This document shows, piece by piece, positions 52,107-62,635 of a stretch of DNA of 64,000 nucleotides. The position numbers were made by a program, and so were the translations under genes. The DNA comes from Dimorphilus gyrociliatus (Eukaryota; Animalia; Annelida), in NCBI GenBank assembly GCA_904063045.1, contig CAJFCJ010000008.1, forward strand, positions 930,001 to 994,000. The letters run 5' to 3'. The notes beneath the pieces are model-generated. The model was not told the DNA's origin. It was given only the letters and a program-made list of their open reading frames with translations, and did no database searches. Position 1 is the first letter of the stretch, and the number at the start of each line of letters is the position of its first letter.

Positions 52107-53496
52107 TTTATTCTATTATCCAATTAAGAAATCATGTGACTATTAAAAAAAATATCGTAATTTATTGACAATGGACTGATAAGAGAAATTATTAGAAGAG
52201 TTTATATAAGAGATAAATGTATAAAAAGATACAAAATACAGAAATATATTTATATATTCATACCTTTTCTTCTTAACGCCATTTTATTTTCATAATAGTT
52301 AACTTCCTGTGAATATTAACAATTTTTCACATAATATAATTTAAACAAGCATATGTTAAATCTATAATAATCTGGAAATTTTTGCACGTAAACAGTTTTT
52401 TTTCTCTCTTTTTCTAAAGTTGTTATTGATTTATAGCATCAGCTGACTTTTTTTTTTTGTTATTTAGTAAAAGATAAAAATCATTATTTTATAAAGATAA
52501 ATATATATTACTATTTACTCATCTTTTTCTGTTTTTATAGTTATGTTTTATGTATTATATGTATGTATTTATGTGTGTATATATGCTTTACGGCGAGTAG
52601 GTAGAGCTGTGGGGTCGGGTGAGGGGGAAATACACCAAGAATGGTGTTGATTTTTTTTATTTATATAAAAAAAAACAACAACAACAACCCTAGAATAAAA
52701 AATGTAGTTTTTTTTCAAAATTGTACTCTTTAACTAGTCGATATAGTTATATTATTTCTTTTTAATAATTAAATAGTTATAATAATTAATAATTACTTTT
52801 AGAACATGTAAAGTTTTAATAAAAATCATTCAAACCTTCTTATTTCTTTCCAGAATAGATAGTTGTAATATACTACTTATGGCCTCTAAAATACAGATAT
52901 TTTTTTATTTTATTTTCTCTGTTTGCATATTCTTTACTAAGGTTCTTAGGCCTATTGGATATTTAAGAAAAGAAACAAGTATTGAAATAACTAATTATTG
53001 TTAAGTGAGTATTTCAAAAATGATGTAATTGTATGTAGGGTTTTGTTGGAGGGGGAAAAAAACTAGTATTGTTATTTATTAACATATCATTTAGTTGTTA
53101 TAGGCGAAATATATATATATATATATATATATTCATATTATATCTACTAGTCTGACTCTATTGCTCTCAATACTCACTTGCAAGCGCATGTTTGGTTGAC
53201 GTGGACTGGATGTACTATTTAACCTCTTACTTTCCTTTTAGTTGACGTGTTTAATCGACAGCTAGAAAATTTTATTTAAGCGGCAGAAAATATGTAATGG
53301 TACACTGACAGCTATCAATACCATATCGGGTTTATTTTTATAGTATATGTATTATAATATAGAGTCAATGAACTCATGCTCTGCTTAACAATTTGCTACC
53401 TTTTCTTCATCTCGTTTTTATATTCCCAATAGCAAAACACATACATTATATCTAACAACAGTTTGACACTTTCCTTGTTATTTTATCTCTGATACA

Positions 53497-53698
53497 ATGG
53501 GTAAGCTTTAAACTTTCTAGAAGGGAAACTTAACATCAGCGATTTGTCAATTTTTTTCTATTTTCTTAATAACTAGATGGCGCCTTTGCGAAGAAAACCT
53601 TACAAAAGGTGTTGGATCAAGCCGTACACAGGATTTTTTCAGTGCTGTACAAGGATTCGAGTATAAAAAAGAAGATGGAAAAGAAGAAGAAAAATTAA
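53497..53698 (+). CDS. Candidate spliced smORF, 41 aa (MDGAFAKKTLQKVLDQAVHRIFSVLYKDSSIKKKMEKKKKN)
   Basis: ATGG|GTAAGC donor at 53501, pyrimidine tract and TAG acceptor at 53576 (76-nt intron), open frame to TAA at 53696-53698. Confidence 0.45.
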
Positions 53699-55270
53699 GA
53701 AAGTAGACAACTCAGTAGAAGAGAAGAAAGAAGATGAGATACACGATATTCTTTACTTATCAATGTAAATTTTGAAAATATTAATTAGATAATTAGAAGA
53801 GTAGACAAATTAATGACATCCTTTAAACGTTTGCTCAAAGAGATTAAAATACTTCTCTTCTATTTATCATCTATCAAAAAATTCCTAACTTTAATTATAA
53901 TTCAGAAAGAGATAAGAAGAAGAAGTGAAGAAAAGATAAATGTAGTTTATGAAATAGAGAACAGGAAAAAGGAAAAGAAAGATGTATAGAAAGGAATTTT
54001 TGTCTCATTATATATAATAATTAATATAGTATTAATCAATTTTGTCCTTTTCCTTTTCACATTATTCTCAATTCTCATCAACATAAGCAAAATTAATGTA
54101 GAAACTACAACGGAACATATGTATATTTCTATATATAGTAATTGGTAAAAATTTCATCTGCAAAGGTATTGGGAAACAGCTTTCCCAATATATTTTTACC
54201 CAAAACATCATTTATATTTTGTAAATACGTTCTGTTTTCAATATCTGGCTTAAAAAAAAAAGATAAAAAGTAAGACAGTTTTATCCATGCTAAAAATCAT
54301 AATAGTATAGGCCTAAATTATATATATATATATATATATGTTTATGATAACTCTCTAAAGAACACAATAATGAAGAAGTTTTTATATTTTTAGAAAAATT
54401 TTCTTTTCAATTTTGCTTATTGAAACTGTAAACAACTGCAAAAAAACGTTATTTAATATTTTTTCCAGTTTTATTACTTACTCTCTCTCTCTCTCCACTT
54501 CTCTTCTACCTCTCTACCTCCTTCTCCCCCTTGCCCCCTCTCCATTTCTCTCTCTCTTTTTTTTTCTCTTACCATCCACCCAACCTTCAATTCAATTTAT
54601 TAAAATTTCATTTACTTTTACATTGTTAGTGTCACTTCCTTACAATCAACCAATTAACTATATGTTTAGGTAAAAGAAAAATAAGGCCTAAGTGTTCCAT
54701 TTATAGTTTCGAAATAAACTTCATTCATAATACTTTGTGATAGTATGGATTTTTAAGATGCTTTGCTGTTTAAACCTTCATAGTATAAAAAGTAGAATCG
54801 CTATTTTTGTTGCATTTTAAAGGAAATGAAAGACATTTTTTCTTTCTATTCATAAGGATAAATTATGCTTGTAAAGATATAGATAAATAATATTTGTATA
54901 TAATAATCGTTGTTGGTACAGAGTATCACCACGTATCAGAATAATAAAAGAAATGAACTATTCACCATTGATAGGACCGGTATCCATAACACTCTTACTT
55001 TAAAAGGTCAAACGGGATGTCTTCCTGACCTTATATTGTTTTTTTCTTTAAATGGTAAAGAAGAGACGCTGACTGTGAAATCGTTTGAGACGAGGTCGTT
55101 TCGGTTGGGGGAAAAAAGTGGGAATAAAAAAGTAAAAACTGGGTATAGTTCGATGATAAACTGTTGTAACGGCTGTTTTTACTTGAGTCTACGCCACTTT
55201 TCATTTCATTTCTGGCGGTCGTTTGCTACGTAAGTGCACATTATTTAGAGAAGCATCAATAATTTTCTTT

Positions 55271-55358
55271 TACTGGCGGATGTTCACGTTAACCGTCATT
55301 CTGCTGCCTTAAATTTAAATGGCAGCAATGGCGGATAGCATGGAGATCCGTTTCAGTA
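55271..55358 (+). ncRNA. Candidate pri-miRNA hairpin A (88 nt)
   Basis: Hand pairing gives 33 bp including G-U, three single mismatches, two 2-nt bulges and a 12-nt loop. No match to the conserved miRNA families I recall. Confidence 0.55.
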
Positions 55359-55427
55359 ACTTTGCTTTACTAACATTCTTCCTATAACGACTTTGAGAAA
55401 AGAAAATACCGGAAATGAAGATATAAA

Positions 55428-55513
55428 GGGGGTGGATGACTTCTCTTGATCAATATGGCAACAAAATACTTGTTCGTTTGCTGTCATATTTATCAAATAC
55501 AGTTCCACTTTCC
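55428..55513 (+). ncRNA. Candidate pri-miRNA hairpin B (about 86 nt)
   Basis: Hand pairing gives about 30 bp, two mismatches, one 4x4 internal loop, a 2-nt bulge and an 11-nt loop. Confidence 0.45.
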
Positions 55514-56066
55514 AAGAGCATCTTTATATTTTTTTGTCTTATGAACTGTTTTATTCTCATCTAAAAATATACTTATTGCATATCAGCATATCATTTATAA
55601 ACCTATATAGATCTGTAAAAAAGCAAATTCTGTGGCGCCACTTCGACGACAACGCCATCTGCATATTTTAACGAATATATCGTCTGCTAAGTATCTGCGA
55701 TTTATTTGTTCAGAGCTGGCTATTGACTTTATATCGTTTTTGAAAATCGGACAGTTTAGGTTCAATTAAGGTAAAATACTACTTTATTAGTTATTTAACA
55801 TAAATAATATCTTGAGATAGTATTTTGCTAAAAAGGTAGAATTATGTTAATAGTGAAATGGTGTCACGTGTTTATCAAAAATAGAGAGAAATATGTATAA
55901 TAGCCAATTGGACGTAGATCGAATCTGGATCTTGTATCGAGTTCTATCCACTATTAATCTTCGAAAAAAAGGCTATTGTCAATTGCACTAGAAATCATTT
56001 AAACAACCTATTCAATCCTCTTTCTCAAACAGATATTATAACAACTGTAACTATTGAATAGACCGA

Positions 56067-57160
56067 ATGGAAGAGAATAACAATGAAAACAGAATTAACC
56101 TTGATGCCCCAAGATGGGATCAGTCCTCTTTTAGTGGAAGAGCAAAACATTTTTTCTCTATAACTAACCCTTTAAATCTTTTCGCTTCTCACGATGAACT
56201 AGAAAAAGCAAAGGAGCTTGTTAAGCTCTACAAGTCCAGAAAAGAACCACCTGGTGTCACTGCAGATCAAGTTTGGAAAGCTAAATGGCTTTACGATTCG
56301 GCTTTTCATCCTGACACCGGAGAGAAAATGTTTCTACCAGGAAGAATGTCTGCTCAAGTACCTTTTAATATGGCAATAACTGGATTTATGCTGACTTTCT
56401 ATAAAACTGCACCAGCTGTCATTTTCTGGCAATGGAGTAATCAGACATTTAACGCAGTTGTTAACTATACTAACTCTAATAAAAGTTCGGGAGAGAATGA
56501 CTCCGAACAAATGAAACAACTAGGAAAATCTTATATGATTGCCACGGGTTCGGCAACTGTGACCGCCCTGGCTTTAAATCAGATTATACACAAATTTCCA
56601 GCAATTTTGGCCAGATTCGTACCTTTGGTGGCCGTAGCAGCGGCCAATTGCTTGAATATCCCATTCATGAGAAGTCAAGAACTTGTTAAAGGAATAACGG
56701 TGTTTTCAAAGGATGGTGAAAAGGTCGGAGAATCAAAAAAAGCAGCTAAGAGTGCTATTTCTCAAGTGGTATTTTCGAGAATAGTAATGTCTTGTCCCAG
56801 CATGATTTTATCCCCACTCCTAATGGCTCGTTTAGAGAAAGGAAACCTGTTGAAGGTACATTCAATTTAATTCATAATAAGTTGTTTACTCGTAACTTTT
56901 TATTGAAAACTTAGAAATATCCTCGCCTGAGTGCTCCTATTCAGATTATTTTCGTAGGATTTTTGTAAGTATTAATAAAGTAATGTTGGATAATCCTTAT
57001 AAAGAACCTCTTTCTTAACAGATTGTCTTTTGCAACGCCTTTATGTTGTGCCATATTCCCTCAAAAGAGTTCTATGACAGTGTCTAAGATGGAAGGTGAT
57101 ATTAAGGAAAAGGCAGAAAAAATGGGATTGACCAAAGTCTATTTTAACAAAGGATTATAG
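56067..57160 (+). CDS. SFXN1: Sideroflexin (SFXN1/3 type), 3 coding exons
   Basis: PRWDQSSFSGRAKHF, HPDTGEK, GRMSAQVP, WQWSNQTFNAVVNYTN, VAVAAANCLNIPFMR, terminal YFNKGL*. SFXN1 versus SFXN3 not resolvable. Confidence 0.95.
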
Positions 57161-57329
57161 GAATTAGGTTGTTGTTTTACCATCACCCAAAATTAATAAA
57201 TTTAGACGTTGATGATGAATAAAGTAGTTAATTGATGATAAATCAAATTAAGTTTGTATTGTATTTATTTAAAAAAAATTAATTGATTTTTTATTGGAAT
57301 ATGCCAATCAAAAAAAAAATACTGATATT

Positions 57330-58810
57330 TTAACTTGCAATAAGCATTTCATGAGTTTTTTGACCAGTCTTTGACATCTCTGGTTTCGCTGGTTCAAATT
57401 TCGGAACTTCAGGCATATCTGCAAAAGTGAGAGCAAAGATATTATTTTGATAAAATTGAAAAGTAAATTTCTAACCAGATATGATATCGCAAACATTTTC
57501 ATCTGCTAAAATTTTATCCAATTCGTCCTGTAGTTCTTGCTGATCGATCATATCGTTATGTGAAACATTTACAATCGACCTATTTAAATCGTCTTGAACG
57601 TCGATTGCATCGTTAATTTCGTCAACGACGTCATCTACTTGATTGACAGATAGCGAATTCTTTTTTAATGCAGAGCTTGCAGACTTCATTGCTTCATAAA
57701 CTTCAGCATTGTTCCTACTCTGAGCGATTTTCTCCAGCGTTACATGAAAGTTATCTAATTGATTCTCTAATTGGATTTTTGATGCTTCTAATCTCTTTTT
57801 ACGACGTAGACATTGTTTCGCTGAAGTGTGCTGTTTCTGATTGAGATATATTTTTGCTTGAGTTCGACATTCTTCCATTTGATCTTCTTTCTTTCTTATG
57901 GCATTTTCCAATTTATTACACATTTGTTCTAATCTGAACCATATAGTTTTTAAGTAATATTATCTCTTTTTTATGAAGATGCAATATACAGTATATGACA
58001 ATTAAACTTACCGAAATTTATCTAATTCCTCTGGATTAAAATCAAATAATCTCTCGTTTTCTTCTTTGGCAAATTTAACAAACTAAAATTAAATGTTTTA
58101 ACATATTAAGAGTATGTATCAAATAGTTACAATTATAACTCTAACCTTGCCAAGTTGTGGATCTTTTATCATAATGGCGTGACCTTGGTATTGAAGAGCT
58201 AAGATAACCAGTTCCAATGATTTATCATCACAGACATCTGACATTAGTAAGATGATATCTTGCCATGGAACAATATTACTGCCTTCATTCGGCCGGTTAC
58301 TATAATATCTAGTTAATAACTCTTTAGAAGAGCTCTGTAAGAGAACCAAAATTCAGGTCAAGTTAGCCATTTGCTAATTAGTCAAACCTCTATCAAATTT
58401 AAGTGTACATATTCAGAATCAACTTCAGGCTTTTTTGTACCCCAGACCTTATTAAACGTCCATGCTACAGGCTTATGAACTAACATATTCCAACTCCACT
58501 TTATCCATCCTGTTCTCTGACAATTTCTTCTAAAGTCTTGAACAGTTAAAACTTGTTGATTTTCGTACAAATGCTGTATAACATCCTGCAAACACGCAGG
58601 TATAAGACTTTTACGCAAGAATTGTCGAGCTAATGTCTTCGGTTGAAATTTAAAATTTTTATGGTGACTTAGATGGCTCTCGATTAATTTTATCCAAAAC
58701 TTCAATTTAGCATCATATGATTCTGGATTAAGGCTTCTTCGTTTAAAAGGAGCAAAAAGAAAATTCATACGACTCTCATCTTCCCATTCTGGTGGTAAGT
58801 AATTAGCCAT
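57330..58810 (-). CDS. CHMP7: Charged multivesicular body protein 7
   Basis: LPPEWEDESRMNFLFAPFKR..NPESYDAKLKFW N-terminus, winged-helix region, then Snf7 domain (AKQCLRRKKRLE, ELQDELDKI). Last exon ends at TAA 57330-57332. Confidence 0.95.
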
Positions 58811-59186
58811 TGTGTAATTTGAGCAATTAATTGTCTATGATTTTTTAAAAGATAATTTAAAAACTGGCCGTCATGGCGTCCACATATTGAGACTGAAGAT
58901 TATTTTCGTAAAAAATGAATATATTATTAAAACAAAACTGAATTTACCTGTAATTTAATGTAATTTTATTTTCTTCTTTTATCACATCATTGTTTTGATT
59001 AATTTTCTTGATAATTAAGACGTTTTCTCACTGGTTATGCTAATTACTCTCGACCAATGAGCAACAAGCTTTCAACTCATTATTTCCATACGTCAACAAC
59101 AACCTACTATTTATCTACATCAGTCTGTATTTTCACAGTGCTTTTTAGCGATTAATATAAAACATACTTGATGCAACTATTATAAA

Positions 59187-60128
59187 ATGGATGAATATCG
59201 TTTTAGACAAAGTGACAATTATAAACTTGACAGTGAACCGGTGAGTAACGGCTATTTATTTTTCTATATAATATTTTTAGGTCAATGACACATGCTCATT
59301 GAAGTAAATAACAATAACAATTAAACAGATCCGTGAAAGCCCAAGAAAGACACCCTCAAAACGAGGGCGAAAACCAGCAAAGGTAGATGTTAAGGCAAAA
59401 TTGGAAAGGAGCAGACAAAGTGCCAGGGAATGTAGAGCAAGAAAAAAGTTGAGGTAAGGTCAATGAACTTTGTGGAAATGCTCTGTCATACCATATCTTT
59501 TCTTTTAGATATCAATACCTCGAAGAATTGGTCAGTAGTAGAGAGAGGGCAATCATTCAATTAAGAGACGAACTTGAAAGGGTAAGTTTCACACAATTCT
59601 TATATTCTTACTTTCGCTTGCGCAATGCCAATTACAAAACCTTATTCTATGTTTACAACATTATAATGATGCAATATAAGCCAAATTTAGAAAGACTTAT
59701 TTAGTACTTATTATTAACAATCATAATTTACTATGATAGTTTACATTTGATATAAAATTCTTTGTTTTATATTTATCTCTTGTGGAACCTTGTATATAAT
59801 CAAAAGATACCAATGGCGCCACCTTTCATATATACATTGGTTTGATAATTGAAAAAGTCAATAACACTATGAGATTTAACAGATTGCACACAAATTCCTG
59901 ATTGGTAAAAGTGAAAGTGGATTAAATTTGAAATATATGTACTTATATTTTAACATAAAAAAAACACAATATGTATATATTTAATACGAATATTCCTTCC
60001 TTTTCTTTTGACAGTATAAACTATGGGTTAAACAAATGGATAAAGATTGTGTTCCAAAGGAGGTTTTTCAAATGTTGGAGCGACATAATCGAACACAAAT
60101 AGACAACTCAGACACAGTTTGTCTTTGA
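59187..60128 (+). CDS. CREBL2: CREB-like 2 bZIP protein, 4 exons
   Basis: KRGRKPAKVDVKAKLERSRQSARECRARKKLR|YQYLEELVSSRERAI, near-identical to CREBL2. Missing from the ORF track because the exons are short. Confidence 0.95.
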
Positions 60129-60948
60129 ATATCATATGAATCTTGATATCTGAATGACTGTACCATATACAAAAATTGGCATTTATTTCTAAATCCTGCA
60201 TAAATTTGTGTGAAAAACGCAAGCTGTGAACATTGTAAATAACTGTATATACTTTTACATGAAACCTTCACGTAAACAACGCTTTTTTCTTTACTTAACA
60301 TAATAAAAAGCTGAAGTTTTGGGACAATCGATTAATTATGTTGAATTTGAATATTGTGATTGCCATTCAATCCTTAAATATAAATATATATATATATATA
60401 AATTTCTATGTAACATTTTTTTATTGTTGTTTATTTTTCTATTACTAATCAAGAAATGTTTGAATAGTAAAATAAAATATGATGCAATATTTTTTCAGCG
60501 AACCATTAACTGACTATAAGTTAATGTGTTTTCATTGATACATTTAGTCTATAACAGAATTTAGACAACAGAAAATACTTTAGTTTTGTTTGTTATCAAA
60601 AAGAAAAAGAAAATTTTGAAGTTTTATTAGCCGGTTTGCATGTTCTGAATGTTCAAATCCATCTGATAGGCATTAAAAGTTGATTATAATCACGAAAGGC
60701 AGCTAATTGAGTCATAATCGATAAAGTTTTCTGACGATAAGAAGCGATCGCAATTTTTATCTATGAAGCTGTTCGATGAAAACAATGCGTAAGAGTTATT
60801 GCCTGATACACGTTAAATTCATAGTTATCTCTATGCTAACAATACCACATAAAAAATAAATGATAATTTTAGATAACAAAAAAAATACTTCTGGTATTTT
60901 TCAAATGTAAACAAATCTTTCAAATTCTTTGAGCTTATTTTCAAATAG

Positions 60949-62330
60949 TTACCTTAACAGATTTCCTAGTATTTCGACGGCACGTTTTTGTTTTTCTTCG
61001 CTCATTCTCATTGATGTGAAAACTTGCGGTAGACTTGTAAATATTCTTAGAAAATGGATACAGCCGCATACAGTTGATGGAGCTTTTTTTTTACGTAGTT
61101 CTTCCAAATTTTCAGTGGAAATGAAATTGTGACTTTGAATATCATCTGTAGGAGATTTCTGGAAACGTTTCTTTGCTGATCGACGAGTTTCGCTTTTAAG
61201 AATACATGTCATTAGTCATTGTTGTTTTTCTTAAATAGAACATTCATGTTGATACAAACCGAACTTCTGAAACCGAAGGTGAAGGATCAACCTGATCAGA
61301 TATATAGGCTTCCCAATATGGTCTTTCATGCTTATAAAGTAAAGTATTTGAGAAAGTGTTATCGAAAATTATTCGAATTCCATTTAAAGATTCGAGGATA
61401 ATATCTTCAACCATATTTTTGGAACAGCTTTCCAGAAAAAGTGAAAATATTTGCAAAAGGTTCAGCTTAGCGGGTAGAGAGGCAACCTAAAAGAGAAAAA
61501 AGATAATGAAAACTTAACAATTTATAACTCAATATTTCAAATAGACTTACTTTTTTCTTTCGACTTATATTCGCAGAATCCTCTCTTAATTTTAATTTCA
61601 ATCTGGCAGGCATGTCGAACTTTAAAACTTTTGGAGTGATGGATTCCTTTTTGAAATCTTCAGTTGCTTGTTTTAAAGAAATTTGCTGTAATTAATAAGA
61701 TGATTTTAGAATTTTTGGTTCAATTATCAATTAATAAAATAACACCTGAGATTCCACAAAAGATCGATATAAATCATCAAAATCAACGGTTTCTTTTGAA
61801 GCTTCATTCTCAGAACTTTCACTTCCGCTATCATCTGACTCGAGTTTTGGCTTTTTGCCGAAATAGGTCTTTAAAATTTCATTAATCTTTCTCTTTCGCT
61901 TTCTATTGTTTTTTCTAATTAATAAAATAACTATATGATTCAGGCAATTCTAGGTCAAAAAAATTTTATCCATAATTACATTCGTATGGTCAATTCAAGT
62001 GTTTTTTTAAGCTTTTTGTTGTCTTCGTTAAATGGCAGAAGATGAGTTTCTGGTACTACACGGTCCCAGCTAAATACAAATGTATCTTTCAGAATTATGA
62101 ATATTCAAAATAAATTTTTACCTGTTATTCCAGCCTAGGAAGTGTACTTTATAACATTTTTTTTTCATAATGCTTCCAGCTGTGAAACATGAGAGAATCT
62201 GAAGAAAGCTCGAAATTAAAGTTTCCATTAAAAATTGAATGATCGTTCTAACCCTGGCTTCATAGAGAACCCTTGCTTTTGTGGGGTCAGGCTCAAAACA
62301 AAAAGCTTTTTGACCCTCAGCAAAGTCCAT
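60949..62330 (-). CDS. MSL3: Male-specific lethal 3 homolog (chromo-barrel + MRG); 3' end unresolved
   Basis: CFEPDPTKARVLYEAR, VHFLGWNN|SWDR, MRG segments GIRIIFD..LLY and CGCIHFLRIF. Confidence 0.9.
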
Positions 62331-62635
62331 GACAAACTCATATATAGAGTAGATTATATATAAGCAGAAGTTTAGTAATTTCTTTTACAACTAAAAGAAA
62401 TTATTTGTAAAAAAGAAAAAACGGTATAAATTCGTAACATTTAAGAACTTGATTTATTTTCGTATTATAGTCAATATTTTTAAGCTCATTAAAATGTTTA
62501 ATATAGCAATTTACAGATTTATTTTTCATTAATATAAAAATATTTCTATATTTATACGAAAAGGCTAAAATGTCTGTCCTGTAGTTGAAGTCTATAAACT
62601 TGGTAAAGCTGAACATTCGATTCTAATAAAATACA

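Noticed and set aside
52590-52630. G-quadruplex
   Set aside because: Only three tracts of three or more G.
53497-53698. smORF as complexin
   Set aside because: Only the first few residues loosely resemble complexin (AFAKK versus AFIAKQ). The central E/R-rich SNARE-binding helix is absent.
54910-55233. 107-aa ORF as an N-terminal extension of sideroflexin
   Set aside because: It starts at TTG, and splicing to the 56032 acceptor meets a stop. An in-frame TGA also lies just upstream of the SFXN ATG.
59241-59328. Micro-exon in CREBL2 intron 1
   Set aside because: It would need a 25-nt intron and contains an in-frame stop.
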